The notes beneath the pieces were generated by a model. It worked only from the letters and a program-made list of their open reading frames with translations. It was not told where the DNA came from and searched no databases. Shown here piece after piece: positions 49,162-63,920 of a stretch of 64,000 bases of DNA. The position numbers were made by a program, and so were the translations under genes. The DNA comes from Acanthaster planci (Eukaryota). The stretch is from positions 4,694,934 to 4,758,933 of the forward strand of contig NW_019091356.1 in assembly GCF_001949145.1 (NCBI RefSeq), read 5' to 3'. Positions within the stretch are counted from its first letter, which is position 1; each line of letters opens with the position of its first letter.

Positions 49162-52005
49162 CGTAGAGAACATCCTTTGAATTGGAGTTTGGGCAGGTTG
49201 GCTCCATACATCTACATTTACTTATTGGAAAGATTGTACGGTTATCTGTAGTTGGTCTGGTTGTCTGGTATTGGATTTGCTGTCACCCTTTGAAGCTTAT
49301 TTGACTTGTTGGAAAACTTTTGTCACCCCTGAAGATGTTTTATGAGAACAATTTATAGTGTGTGTTTCTTGACCATTCTAAAAGACGGTCATTGTGTGCA
49401 GGTCATATAAAGCCAAGTGTTTAAATGTGAAGGTTTCGAAGATGACCGTAGACAACTTATACATGTGTTTGGTGTATGCGTGACAATGGAAATTTGACAG
49501 TGCAATTCTTGATACAGATCTCAGACCTTCTAGAAACAACGATGAAACAGGCAGTTAAAGTTTTCTCTGGGGAAGAGTGATGGAGGTAACTTGGTCCAGT
49601 TTTATTGTACCCTTGAATACTTGACAGAATTTGTGCTGAATGTAAGAAGTGAACTAGTTTCATCCATCCCCATTCAGAATTCTCGCGTTACTTTAACACT
49701 CAAATAACTTGTTTCTTTACACTATATCAGGTCCCATAGCATAAACCTAGGTTACCAGTCGTGCAGCTTTTTACCAGTGAATTTTGGCAGAATAACTTCC
49801 AGGTGCGTGTGGTTCAGATGTGCAGAGGAAAGACTGTAACCAGGCCTGTGGAGGGAAGTGGTGTACACTCAGGTAGTTTGATTGGGAGGGGGGTTGCCTT
49901 TGAGAAAGTTGGCAAGATTCATGACAATGAACACTTTCATCATGTTCACTATAAAGCTGGTTGGTTTGGGTCACTGGAAGCAGTGAACAGTTTTTAAGAG
50001 TGCAAGTATTTTCTTGGAGGGGGGGTTAGTTTAGATTTATGATGTTTGTTTGTTTACAGACTACACAATCCATAAGGTTACAGCTGCAACAATGGCATAT
50101 CCAGCGTTAGGTGTTTCGAGGTCAAACTCAAAAGTGAATACAGCTTCAGGCTCATTCAAAAAAAATAAAAAACCTTACTCATGTCCCAACATCCTTGCTT
50201 TTATTTGCTGGTGTTGTTTTCTTAGGAATTTGCTGCTAATATTTGATAAATTAATATACCAATTACTTTCTTACCTAATCACCTATGAAGTATAATTTAA
50301 AAAAAAGATGGGGCACAAATTCTGCCAGGAGGGCAAGTCCCCCCCTCCTCCCCGCTCGATAGGCCACTGAACTGCAGACAAGCTTATGTTATGACACATT
50401 TCAAGCAAATAAGTGACTCCGTACACAGATGTCTTTGAGTTCCCATGTTATTTCCATCATTGCAAAACTTCCATTGGGTCACATGTATAAACGACTGTTT
50501 AGTAAGGCACATTTTAATTAAATCATTAAGCAGGTTATTTATTGCTTTCTATGTATTGTCCAGTGTGAAAAGTTAGGTGATATTTTAATAAACCATTACG
50601 TATGTATGGAAGTGTTTTTTGTTATTGGCTGATGTATTTTATTTCATGACAGTGATGGAGATGCAGAGAAATGCAACATCATCAGGTTGTATATTTTGAA
50701 GGAATTTTTCCCATGATTTAAAGTATCACCTCACGATCGAGTCTTTGTAAAGGCTCTGTGAAAAACCTACTATTTTAACCTAACCGGTTATCTTCTAAAG
50801 GGATTGTGCGTCTACTATAATAACTTGCCTCTATCATGAAGTATTTGAATTTTCAAAGGATGACAGTTGAGCCTCATAATGGAGAGATCCTTCGGACTTG
50901 GCAGACTACCTTGTTACAACAGGAACCTTGTAATATCAGGTATCAAAATAATCAACAAAGGTTTGGGGCCTAAAACTTTCCTTGTCACAAATAGAATATA
51001 TTTGTTGTACTAACAACATTCTTAACATAACTTTCCAACAATTCACTTTGGTGATGGGTAACTCATAAATGCATCTAATACATGTACATCTATCTACTCT
51101 TAATCTGCATGATTTGAGAAGGTGATCTATTGAGCTTTAGATTTGTATTGAGAGTTGAGGGTGGCTGGCACAACACTGAACCAACTGAAGAAATTTTGCT
51201 CTTGGCACAAATGCGAATGTAAGTCTGATATCCTGAAATATTCATCCAAATATTGGCTTCAGTTTTCAAATTTCCATAGCAAATACTTGTGTTACAACAG
51301 ATTTACGGTTACAGCTATCCTGCCAAGTCTGAAATTCTTTAAATTCACACTAACAGAAGTACTGATTATTGTGTACTTTGATTTTAACATCTAAGCATAA
51401 GCAACAAGTCAAGTGAAAATGCTTCAGCAACTACAAACACAGTATAAATGGAATAAATTTACAAAACTTCTAATTTTTACCTATAACAAAGATTATAAAG
51501 CGATGTATGACACGAACAGTGTATCATCAAGGAGTTCAATCAATTCGGTGATTCTTGATTGACAGTACCCCTCAGATCAGCCTGAAAGCTGGAGGACACA
51601 AGCCATCATTTGAGTAAGTTTGTAACTCTTTCAATAGTGCAAAATAGTTGACTACAATATGGTACCCACAGTTGGATGTTTCAAGTTGTACTGCTCTATA
51701 TCCTGAAATATCCAAACAAATACATGTACTTTCTGTTTTCTTTTCTGAATTCTCGGTAATTTTTATGGTTCCTCTTTCCAAATTGGAAGATCATCAGAAC
51801 CTGTCTCGTAACTCCTTGTGATAACATCTATTCATATCAACTCCATATTAATTTGTTGGGAAGAATTCCATACAAAAACCTAACAATTTTTCCCTGATAT
51901 GACGTTTGCTATCAATTTTTAATGTCATTTTTTCATCCTAGTTTTGTGTAACTTTTTGTGCTTGTACCTTTTGCCCATAATCTAATCCAATAAATAAATA
52001 TCATA

Positions 52006-52453
52006 AATGTGCCCGCTCTGCAAAAAAGGGGTAATAAGTTGTGCAATTCCAAAATGTGTTATGGCCTGTTCTATTTGGAGAGGGCAAAACGTCTTCAAAA
52101 ATGTGATTTTGAGTTTTTTCCTCTATTAGCTTGAATAACATTTATGTTTTCAGAATTTGTGACTACAAACACGGACACTGATGAATAAAGATAAAAAATG
52201 GATCATTCAGTAAGAAATCCTGCATAGCATTGTGTTTCCAAGTGCTACACTTTCTGAGCTTTATCTCGGAAAGTGCTTTTGCATCCGAAACTGTGGATAT
52301 ACAAATGTCTAAGTATCTCCCGAAAGCAGTGCACTACAGGGGGTCATTCATAAATCAAATTGTGGCTTTTGATGTACCCAATCCAGCCATATCAAACACG
52401 GATAACCTGAATCTGGCGACTTATTACCCATTTTCCTAGAGTCAGTCACAAAT
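52006..52453. mobile_element. Diverged MITE
   Basis: Imperfect TIRs TGTGCCCGCTCTGCAAAAAAGGGGTAATAAGTTG ... CGACTTATTACCCATTTTCCTAGAGTCAGTCACA. Confidence 0.55.
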
Positions 52454-54087
52454 AGAGAGTTGTAACATATTGATTATGAGCAGTACCACCCCAAAAAAGT
52501 TAAATCTGTTTTGAAACACTTAGAAACCCCCTGCAATTTTTTCTGATCACTCTTTTGCGGTTTGTGCACTGAGTATCAAATTGATTTAAGGTATGGAATT
52601 CTCTCCAACTTACAGAATAACGTTTACAGCACTTTTTTCTAAGATTACAAAGTACTAAGAAAATAACTAAGACAAAAACTCTGGCAACATTTATGTACAG
52701 AAAGTTCAAAAAGAAATTTCTCAGGGCTCAAATCACCAGTGTTGAGGGCAAGTCCAGTCACAAGTCGTTTTATGAAACAAGTCTTAAGTAAGAGGGAGAA
52801 CAACATTAAGGGAATGTTTTGGTCATCTTTGAAATCTTAGTTTAAGACCGGATGACTTTTGAGGATGGCCTTGTAAGGAGCTTGACTACAACACTTCCTA
52901 TCACAGCTGCCCAGTATGTGCACAACTACAAACATGAAAGTTATTTACTTTGCTATAAGCACAGCTTCAACTGCAAACATTTGGTCTGTGCATCATCTGG
53001 ACAAAGAAAAATTACTTTTTTCCCTTTCTGTGAAGAGTACAATAGACTACTGAATCTGAACATTCTACATGATTTCACTTACAACACGATACCTTACAAT
53101 TAAACACAGGGTCACGGGTGGAGAAGTAAGGGGGTTGCAAGGCAGAGGGGGCAAGAGGGTAGCACTTGCCCATCCTCTGAAAAAAAATTGAAGGCAAAAA
53201 GTAAAAGAAACGAAGATGAAGATGATGGGGAATGCAACCTATCAAAGATTTACCCCTCCCGACTGTCAATGGTTGATCAGTTTATAGCTGATGAGTGCTT
53301 TGTTTTTATTGTTTATTCGACCAAAACAAAATAACAGAGTTTAACAGTGTGCATACAAGCAAAACAAGAAAAACAAAATTACAAAGCGGAACAAAGAAAA
53401 CAAACAACAACATAGGCAGATGCGGGGACCACAGGCGAACAACAACCGAATACAAGGAGAAGACTCACGACTGTTATGTGGGTTAGAGATAGTGACTGCA
53501 AAAGTAGAATTAAGTACTGCTACCTGCAGTTGCAGCACCTGCTTAAGAAGTAATGGCCCAACAGGGAACTGACAGCCAGTGAAGCAACAGATGGAATTAT
53601 GCATTCGGTAAAAAGCGACGACTTTAAGGTCCTAAGGAACTGTTGGAGGAATCAATAACAGCAGTCTTTGATGTGGTGGTAAGGAATTCCATTCTGGGGA
53701 CACTACAGGGAGGAATTTCCCCAGAGGAGAATGAAACAATGCTTGTGTATGGGCAGATCAGAAAGATGGCAGAATGTAAACAAATCCTGATGGCGTAGAT
53801 TCACATGAACATTATTGGTGAAAGTCTTACAAAGACATTGACAATGTGAACATTTGAGTACAAAGGAGCAGAACAAGAAATGCGTTCTGGATGATAGAGA
53901 AAGCCAGTTAAGCCAAGCCATGCGAGTTCAAGTGCTGTACGTTGTACATGCTCGATCTCTTGTTGCTGGGAAAGTGGGTGTGTGTGCCCCAGCAAGGGCT
54001 GCCCCTACCTCTGAAACAATTCCAGCGACACCAATACAATCAAGATAAATGCATGCAACGGCTGTCAACAAAAGGCTGCCTTTGAGC

Positions 54088-57000
54088 TTAATCACCTCCT
54101 GGGCTGGTATCGTCCTTTTCGGGCAGAGACAAAGCAAGCAACATCAGCTCCGACATCTTTTCCGGGTCTTCTTGGAGGTGGGCAGCCCTCAGCAAGTCTT
54201 CTGAAGAAGATGAGTAAAAATCGTCATCTTATTTAAAACATGGTAGGAAACACCTAGTCATCGGACACTCTCTTGGCTATTTCTGTCTATGGTTCCGTCT
54301 GCGCACATTTAACTCGCCTCCATTTTGCAGTTTTGGATCTGTAATCTTATCCAGTTTTCTTCCTGCGTCATCTTATCTGCTATTATCCTAAGATACTCTT
54401 GAGATTCCCTCTATTAATGTGCTACTCTGGGGTTCTTACAAATTTCCCCCATGCAAAAACAGAAAGTTTCATTTACTACGAACTTCCTCACAAAAAGGTG
54501 TATCTTACCTTTCAGGAGGGAGAAGTAGTCCACATCTGACATTGTTAGTTGACTTTCTTGACTGGCTGATGCCTGCCATGGAGGACCATGGCTGTGCCCT
54601 GCTGGTATCTCTTGGCTTGCAGGTGTTTCTGGATCAGTCTGTGAGGTAATATCGCTCACAGCTGAAAATGGAACCATACCTCTCAGAGCCTCTGGCCGGG
54701 ATGTAGCATTGTTATGACGACGCTCAGGACATGAGTATGAAATGAACTCTCCAGACTCATCGAAAATGGGCGTGTCAGAAGCATAGCATAATGGTGACTT
54801 AGATCCAGTAGAGAAAGAGCTTGCAGGCCTCTGGTACATGTCCCGGGCATTGTAGGCTCCAAATTTAGTGCGGGTAACGGTTGACCGTGGAGAAGATGTC
54901 TTAGATGCAGTCGAAAACTTAGCCAATGCTTGTAGGAAACTGTTACCAGAGTCTGAGGGTGGTCTATTGCGCCTTAAGCCGCAGGCTTTTCTGCCAGGAT
55001 GTGAGACAGTTGATGGCTGGTTCTCAACAGCTTGTTCAGTAGCAGTCTGTAGAAACAATCCTGTGTGACTCGCATCTGGATCGTCTCTAAGGAAGTTTCC
55101 CATCCTGACCAAGTTTTTCTTTGTCAGTGGGACTTTCTCCTCTTCCTTATCATCAAGTTTATCCTGAGGCAGCAGCTTATCCTTCCTCATCCGTTTGTCC
55201 TCTGGGGGTTCCCCCCCACCTGGATTCAAACAAAACAAGAAATACAGGGTGTCCACATAAAAAGTATACCGAGATAAAAATTACTGTACTAGCAAAACTT
55301 CTTTATATATGGGAAAGGGAAATATATCTCTAGAAAGGGCAGAATGCCCTCTTTGCAATGGTACACAGCTTGTGATGTTATTGACACAGATGAGTGAACA
55401 AACTAGACCGGTGTTATGGGTACTGAAATCGGCACTGTGACAAGTTTGTATATGTGATTAACAAAGCTAGACTATGCAAATGTGCAGAATACCAAATGCC
55501 TTTGCTTTAAGAACGCATTCTTGAAAACAAGGAATGCACCTAAATCAATCTTATCTGCTTTGCTTTGGCTACTTACCTCATCAGTTTAATGTGCCAAGTC
55601 CTCCACATGGCCACCATTTTTGTCAATGCACATCTGACATCTTCGTAACATGTCCCTTACTGCTCGTCTGATATTTCTCTTTCCCATATATAAAGTAGTT
55701 TTGCTATTGCAGTAATTTTTATCTCGGTATACTTTTTATGTAGACACCCTGTGCAATCTATCATTGCTCACAGATAACCTTTATCCACTTTGCTACATTG
55801 ACAATCATTCATGAAAAGGATGCACACAGTAAGATGACTTTATTGTAATGAAGGTCAATGCTTCTATGCATCACGTTTCTGCCTTCATACTTATGCTCCA
55901 TACATTTACATCTTTCTCATCTGCCACAAATTTTCTACTTTCAAATGAATTGTACTGAAACTGTTTCCAAACCTGTTCCTCCAGATGCCCCTGTCCTTCC
56001 GACGTTGGAGAAACCCGACCTGGAGTTACATGTAACCCTCTCGGCAGAATTGGATGTCTGCTGAATGAAAGGATGAAACTGAAAGTGCATTGTGGATGTA
56101 CATGTACTTCTATTACTTTTCATAAAAACAAAGTTATCACAACCTTGTTTCACATGCTCTGGTGATAATTTAGTATAGATCACAATGGTAAACCCTGGGG
56201 AATTCTTATTGACCATCACCATTGTAGAATTAAGGAGATTCTCTTCAAGCATGTCAAGTTGACTGGATTAAGACTAACCCGCTTTGTTCCACCTGTTTGA
56301 CCTTTCTGTTGACCCTTGGATGTCTGGTTTGATGAGCAACCACCTTCTGGCTGGACAGGATGCTTCTTCATCTTTTCCCATGCTTCATGCTTCTTGGACT
56401 TTCTCTGTGCTGTCTTCTTTGGCCCCCTGCTTGTCATCTTTGAGTTTTTCTCTCTGTAATTTGCAAAAACAAACTCAATAAGTAGTGATCAATTTCTCTT
56501 GGCCATCTGTTGTTATAGCACTATGCCGATTAACTGTTTCTCGCAAATGACAAGCAATATAATTTTCTAGACTGTGAGAAACTGGCTTGTGGATAACATC
56601 AAACACATCTGTGTCTTCATAGAAGAAATGACATGTGAGGGATGCAACATGCTCGCTCTTAGAATTGGACAGTATGTGCAAACTGGCAATATGGAATGTG
56701 TAATACAGGTTGATGTAGCATACATGTACATGTAGTCTGTTCCTAAGGACTGACCAATCAGGACAAAGGATCCAAGTGTGTTTGAAGCTGAGGATTACTT
56801 TCTTACCTCCCCTGAGAGCCTGCTTTCTGTCCAGAAAACACAGGTGGGGGTATGCTGTCTGGCAAGACTGGTGACATTGCACGAGTCAAACTCTGCTGTG
56901 GTTCTTGACTGGAATGCTCAAGGGAAGTGGAAAGAACTTTCCAGGGTAAAACTGACTTAGGCCGGGTATCTTGACTTTCTCCCTCGGACAAGGATCGGAG

Positions 57001-58999
57001 ATTGCTTGCAACAGCTGTAGAATTCCCTGCCCATGCTGTCAGTACCTTTTCCTTGGATGATTCTACAGTTTTCCAAATTGATCCTTGAGTTCCAGTCTCC
57101 ATATGGGCAGTGGCCTCAAGGAAACCTGACCAAACCTCAATCCAACTGACTGAAATCACCATTTTGGAAGACAGGCAAACACTCATCAACCACCACGAAG
57201 AAAACATCAAGACCTGATTTGGTTCCTGATACAATGTTGACATTGAACAGTCGGGAAGGTACCAATCATCTTTGACTTCTCCAACACCCACCTCTCTCTG
57301 GCTGCATTCTCCGTCCATCCTAAAGTCACCCTCAGACAACTTCTCATCCTCACCAAGACATGTCTTTGCAATACTCCCCTCCTCTTGGACACATCCTGCC
57401 ATCTTAGAATCATCCAAGGACAACTCATTCTCTGCAATTCCAAATCTGATGCTTCTCTGAAAATGCTGATTTGTATCAGACAGTGCAGTAAGGCTCTCAC
57501 CTACCACCAGATCAGAAGTCAGAGTCACAACATCTTGGAACTCAATTTCTTTGGACTCAAAGAGACCAACCTGTACTGCTTCTGGGTTTTCCAGCTTGTA
57601 CACAACTGACATCTTTTGCCGACAATTCAAATAAGCTTCGACGCAGTCTGAATAATCTCTTTCAAAAAATTCCACATATGTGTGTGTATCAGTGCATGTT
57701 TGAATGTTGTCCTTTTTGCTCTTCCTGAATGGGAGCTTCAACTTCTTAAAGCATCTGCAGTTACAGAATAACAAGAAAAGTAACATTTGACAAGTTTTGC
57801 ACAAAATTCTGATGACTATTTCACATTTAATTCAAATACAAATGATTCCAAATATGCCTGAATATTTAAGGCCAAACAAAAAAAAACGCTTTGCTCCTGA
57901 CCCAACCTAAAAATCCTGCGGAACCTACATATACTGTATATCTTTCTATTTGACAAATCAATAAAATATTAAAACTTACAGAGCCTTGCCCCGGGCCTAA
58001 TTTTGTTTACATCGTCCTGTACTTTGTATTGATTTAATTTTTTTGCATGAAGCATGAAAAATGAAGCTCTGAATTGGTGAAAGGAATTGATTTCTTTTTT
58101 GAAGCTGACTAAACAGTTTTCTTTCCTTTCAATGTGCATTCTGCAGCCATTAACAAATGGCTACAACTGGCAAGAACACAAATAGCAAACAGCTTTAGGT
58201 GGAAACTGGTGACTGTGTTTTCCACATTTTTCACGACAGTCACTCACAGAAGGTCTTTGATGATGATGATCCAGTACTAAACTGAACAAACATCAGTTAT
58301 CATAGCCAGTAATGGAAAAGAGTGGTATACACTGTGAAACCACACCTATCCTTGTGAGGAATTTCCTTTGTTCTTGTGAAGTAAGAAAACAGTGTGCAAA
58401 GTGCGGTTTGTAATTGCCTTCATCTCATCCGGAATCATTTCCTTGGCTGAAATTTCGATTGAATGGCCTTAATATGAAACACTTCAACTGAAACAGATAT
58501 GCAATTTGAAAATTAATTTCCAAATATCTGTTTCATGAAATTCTTGTGGGGTACCATTTTAGTACCCCACAAGTACAACCAATGTTCCTTGTGGAATAAT
58601 TCCCATTGTTCTGATACCCCACAAGGCACCATAAACACCTGCACTTTCTGCCCGGAGACAAGTGCTATAAATAGAATACCTGCTCCAGATGTCATGATTG
58701 GTTAGTGACAGGAAACATGTTCACTGAGAAAAATGACAACATGACTTGTTCAATTGACACTGTACATTATGAACACCAAACCTTAGATGTTCAAATGGTT
58801 AAACAATGAATTTCTGAAGGGAAATGTAGTTTCCATGGTTTCTGTAAAACGCTGACTAATTTTTTTTATGTACATCTGGGTTATGCAATTAAATGTCTTA
58901 CTGCAGCAAATGAAGAGAATAATCCTAATTAGGAGGATCTGTCATTTCTTACCGGTTAAGCTTTGCCTTTAAAGGGTGTTTTTCTTTGGAGAAGCTCAT
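54088..58999 (-). CDS. Uncharacterised protein, ~693 aa, 6 coding exons (start codon tentative)
   Basis: Exons 58999-58953, 57754-56807, 56453-56279, 56060-55973, 55219-54509, 54200-54088. All introns are GT-AG with matching phases (2,2,0,1,1); total 2082 nt. It incorporates the long ORFs 56803-57804 and 54414-55256. No domain recognised. Confidence 0.7.
55245..55751. mobile_element. Tc1/mariner-like MITE with ~80-bp TIRs
   Basis: TA-CAGGGTGTCCACATAAAAAGTATACCGAGATAAAAATTACTG ... CAGTAATTTTTATCTCGGTATACTTTTTATGTAGACACCCTG. The right flank is TG rather than TA. Confidence 0.8.
57866..58472. mobile_element. Possible TTAA-flanked (Kolobok-like) non-autonomous element
   Basis: TTAAGGCCA ... TGGCCTTAA ends only; the TIR is very short. 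Confidence 0.35.
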
Positions 59000-61645
59000 T
59001 GTGAACAGGTTGGAACCTGAAATGAAACGGTCAAAGTATAAAAGTTTGTTTCTCCATACATGTATGCATGCAAAAAACAATACAAAATGGGATCCCAGCA
59101 AAAAGCAGAAAATTATCAGCTGGTCTGTATTATGTATATGTACATGTACTGACAATAAAACCTATAAACACAGGCACAGAAGTGATGCCCACTAATTCTT
59201 TTTTTTTCAAATTTAGCATCTGCTAACAAGGGATCTTATAGATACCAGTACTATTAAATAACCTCAACTGGGCCTCATCAGGGATTCCTCTAAGACTGAA
59301 TTATCTAACTGTCCTATCCCGGTCCAGGTGAAAAACAGCCTCTCTAGTAATATTGATTCTACCCACTCCCCTACATGTAGGTGGTATTTGATGCCATACA
59401 TATTTCCACTGTATCGTGGTTTGGAAAAAATGTAAAAATTTGATCAACAGCGTATTAACGATTTGTACAAAATGGAGGTTTGCAAATTTTGATCAAGTAA
59501 AAATTACACCTGTCCAAAACTATTTTGCCCATCTTTTGAACAAGTGGACGGATTGTTGGGCAACTTTATGGAGGGTGAAGGACTTTGATACAGGTACGTT
59601 AAGCACAACTCAGTGCTCATAATCATTGAGTTAAGTATGCAGATCAATATATGCTCCTACTCCTCTATGCGGTTTTCATGTATGTGCAAACCTTATGGAA
59701 CACACATCCAAAAATGGAGACTGAAGAAGGGAACTACTGGCACCGGTAGAATACACGTATGCAGTAAAACCCAGATGCGTGGGAGTGTGATGTAGACAAA
59801 CATGATGCCCTTGTTTGAACCTGACAACAAAGGGCCGGTGACCTGAATAGACTAAGGCTAAAGGGATACACCATACGTGTCATAATTACAAATACATGTA
59901 CAACGTGATGTTCAAAAAGTGTACATAAAAATGAGTTGTTCACACGTGCAAGGTTGCCAGGAGAATACAAGAAGAATTCTTTGTGGGAAGTCCTTTCCAG
60001 AAAAATATCAAACAGAATTAATTCAATCAATAACACTATCACTAGAGTACAAGTATCAAAATCCCCAAGATGAAAACAAGAAGACAAACAGAAACCAGGA
60101 AGCTAACCTCCTCTGATAAAAATTGTATTTCCACATGAGTGAGCCTTAAGATTAGTGCCAAACGCTGTCAATAAATCAATGCCCAATCATTTTTCAAGGG
60201 AAAATAATGATACAATATACATGTAAGTTTGAGAAAACTTCTCAAGTAATATCCAAAAGGCATTCGCCTACCTATACTAGTAGTTTACTCACAAAGGTTC
60301 TAAATCCCATTAAAACAATGGATAAGCCCTGAAGAAGAGAACCCACCTTTCATCTTCTTGCCTATTTATGCGTGCACACTTGTTGATAAATTTAACTTAA
60401 ATTTCATTTGTAAAGCAATCCAACCACATGTACATTCTGGTTGAACCTTTGAACATCTACATGAACTACAAAATATGTGTAAAATAAGTGAGCAGGCTTT
60501 TTTCTTTCAGTGTTCTTTGATCATGAGGTAATTTACAACTGAATAATTTGCCAGCATGACCAACTATACATGGAAGCAACTTTTTTTTAGCAAGTCAGGC
60601 AAGTTGTCTATTGTTGACACAAACCCCCCCTGCATGCAGACTGCAGAGCAAATCATGCTCAGTGTGGATGAGGTGAGGGGGTCATCAGGGCAATGGGAAA
60701 TTCCCAACTCTTTTGGGACTGCGTCACAAGCAAAACTGCATGTGTACAGACAAAAATGATACTTTCATGTCAATACCTAGGTGCAGCTTGTGTATTTGAG
60801 CCAGTAGTATGTAAAGTTTCATGTAATAGAAATGGCGGAATATCCAGACAGATTCATCAAACTTGCAATCAATTACAAGTCATTAAAAAATTCAAATTTA
60901 CAAATGAATAATTTAGGTGTTGTATACATGTAGGTAAAAACTCGAATTCGCATGCTTTTGTCTTGACAGTTCACGATGTCCTTCGAATAACCGACAAACA
61001 AAAACATTAGGCCTTACTGATTATTACAGAGAAATGCACATCCACATATCCACACACAAATAACGTATCTACATTACATCATAGTATCATAGAACAGAAT
61101 GTAATCACATGATGAACTCTTGGGTGGGGTGGAACTTGATTGGCACACCTACTTAAATATTTACAATGGCTGAGAGGGGTATATAGCCTCCTTACTTCCT
61201 AATTGATGTCCTTGGGCATGACACTTTGCTGCTTTAAATTCAGGATGGCAAAGGGAATTGCTTCAAGTTTAATAAGCCATCCCTGCTTGGATTTTTGAAA
61301 ATGAAAGAAAACAAAATTTCAAGTCCATCAAGGAAAACATCCTCTTCATTTAAGGTTGGAAAACATGTACTTTGTTTTTCGTCACTCAAGAAAAAAGATG
61401 TGAGAAGTGTCCTGTGCCATTGTGGGAATTTTTTTTTCAAGTTCCATCCAACTGAAGTCTGCTGCACAGATGCAATGTATTTTCCATCAAGTACACGTAC
61501 AAGCCATGTACAGATGTTATAAAATTAAGAATTTGTTTCTGATTCCAATCAGTTTAGGGGGGGTGAAGAAGGGGGCAATAGGGTGGCTTGCGTCCTTCGA
61601 GGCAGGAGTTCCCCCGTCCCCTCCCCTGGCTACCGGTACATGTAG

Positions 61646-62521
61646 CAGTGTTGTAGTCGAGTACTTTTTTCCAAGTACTAAGTACTGCGGAGTACAAAGA
61701 CTGGTCGAGTACATGTACTTTGCCAGCCGAGTACAAGTACTGGTTTCCGAGTACAAGTACTTGCACTTCCGAGTACGGGAACAAGTACTTCTAATTCCGA
61801 GTACGAGTACAAGTACTTCTAATTCCGAGTACGAGTACTTCTAATTCAAAAGTGGTTTTATCTTAATTTAGAGACTCTAAAACCTGCCACTGTGTTAAAA
61901 CCCCGAATGCAGATGACATGGCTACAAGAACAAGTGATCTGGCTAGCAATGCCACGGTCACTACGTGTGGGTTGAAGCACTGAGTTGACACAACGTGCAC
62001 AGCGTAGCGAAGTCTATTTTCAAAACTCAATTATTCACATGCCTAAGAGTTTCTGTATGCTGGGTTCGTCATTAGAATTTTCGGGTCCAGGAACCAGACT
62101 ACCAATACTCAAGTAAATCACGGGACCATTCTGGAGTATCACAATATAATTCGCGTACGTGATTGGTTAGATACACGCACAGACGGTGAATGGGTCGTAT
62201 ACGTTAATGGTCCCACGTTCGGCCTTCTTTTTTGTCAGAATCGTATCGAATATCGGGTCATTGGGGTTGATATTTTTGCACCTTATTTTAACGGCCATGG
62301 TAAGTTAACTTAAAGGATTTTTTAAATTGAGTACTGTTAATTGAGTATGAGTACTTTGATGCTCGAGTATAATTTTTGGATGTCGAGTTCCGAGTATTTT
62401 GTAGCCTGAGTACAAGAATTGTAGTTCGAGTACGAGTACTTGGATGTCCGAGTACAAGTACGAGTACTCTGAAGAGTACTCAAGAAGTACTCGAGTACGA
62501 GTACCAAGTACTACAACACTG
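61646..62521. mobile_element. hAT-like non-autonomous element with subterminal GAGTAC arrays
   Basis: TIRs CAGTGTTGTAGT ... ACTACAACACTG. The 8-bp flanks are ACATGTAG and ACATCTAG. Many (C)GAGTAC/AAGTAC repeats occur at both ends. Confidence 0.8.
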
Positions 62522-63829
62522 ACATCTAGGCCACTGAGTTTGTATAATAGATAGCTATTTCTGGAACCTGGTTATGCGTGCATATATATGTCTACACTAA
62601 AATAATGCAAACAAATGGCATGGCGACAGCCCACCCCCCCACCCCCAAACCCAAAATTTTCCAGGGGGCGGTGGGAATTAAGAGTTCTCACAAGGGGAAG
62701 GGCATTACCCTTTTGACTAGCTACGCTACTGAGCTCTAGGCCTATGCATAAACTAGGAGCGTAGGCCTCCATGTACATGTACATGTACATCTAGTCATGG
62801 AGGAAGGACACAGAAGGAGTTTGAACTGCCCGGGCTATAACATCTGGCCGATTACCACTTTCTGCCATGCCCGGTATGTCCATAGCCCGAGCGCAGCGCA
62901 CGCCCGCTATCCACCACCTGTTTTGCAACCATAAGCTACCTTTGTACCCAATGATCGTCGCCGCAATTTTTCGTTGGTAATCTGCATCCCTAAAACGTTG
63001 TGTACTGCAGTATAGGAAGTTGAATATTCATGCCATCGTTGGTGCTTGATATGAACCGACAACATCATCAAATGTAGTGTTTGCGCAGTTTCTTTTATTA
63101 GGCTGTATACTCGAAGTGTTCATGTGCAGTTGTTGCCCTTATCGAACGCTTTCTTCTGGACTTCTTTTAGGAATAAATAGCCGAGCTGTTTGTAAGATGT
63201 TGTGTTTTGTTTGAATCATTTTTATTATGGCATTTGTACAAAGGCGTATTTTATGCAATTTCACGATCACTCCTTGTGATGAAATAGCGCATTTTGTTGC
63301 TGNNNNNNNNNNNNNNNNNNNNNNNNNNNNNNNNNNNNNNNNNNNNNNNNNNNNNNNNNNNNNNNNNNNNNNNNNNNNNNNNNNNNNNNNNNNNNNNNNN
63401 NNNNNNNNNNNNNNNNNNNNNNNNNNNNNNNNNNNNNNNNNNNNNNNNNNNNNNNNNNNNNNNNNNNNNNNNNNNNNNNNCTAAGATGCAGACAGCAATA
63501 AGGCATTTTTGGAATGTTTTCTATTATTCATCAGACGCGGCGGCGACCATCATTGGACGCTTTAAAGTGCCTGAGTTACAACTCCTTCTGTGTCCTTCCT
63601 CCATGATCTAGTACATCTACTGTACATGTACATATTCTTTACAATTTGACATCAGCTTTGTTTTCAGAGCTGTAGTGTGCATAAGAATTTTTGCAGCTTA
63701 CCTCCTGCCAGGCAGCCACGTGCCACTAATCTCCCAAGAGCGGTTAAGCCGATAATCCAGGGTTTTACGATGACACTCGATTCACAGCAGACTAATCGTC
63801 TCTGAGCCGCACGATAAACACCTGTTAAT

Positions 63830-63920
63830 TTATACGATACAATGGCGCACATGCGCACGCAGTCTGCCCGTGGCGGCCGGCGCGGCGCTGGGCACGTGCC
63901 CAGGGGTGGTGGTAAGTGAC
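63830..63920. promoter_or_regulatory. CpG-rich candidate (possibly bidirectional) promoter
   Basis: GC/CpG-rich patch with an NRF1-like GCGCACATGCGCACGC and E-box CACGTG. It lies upstream of the minus-strand orphan gene, and a plus-strand donor-like G|GTAAGT sits at ~63912. Confidence 0.35.

Noticed and set aside
60290..63230. Additional coding exons of the orphan gene (~60293-60328, ~61150-61460, ~62940-63190)
   Set aside because: Splice-like signals exist, but I could not join them in an open frame to exon 59016-58953. At most they are 5' UTR exons.
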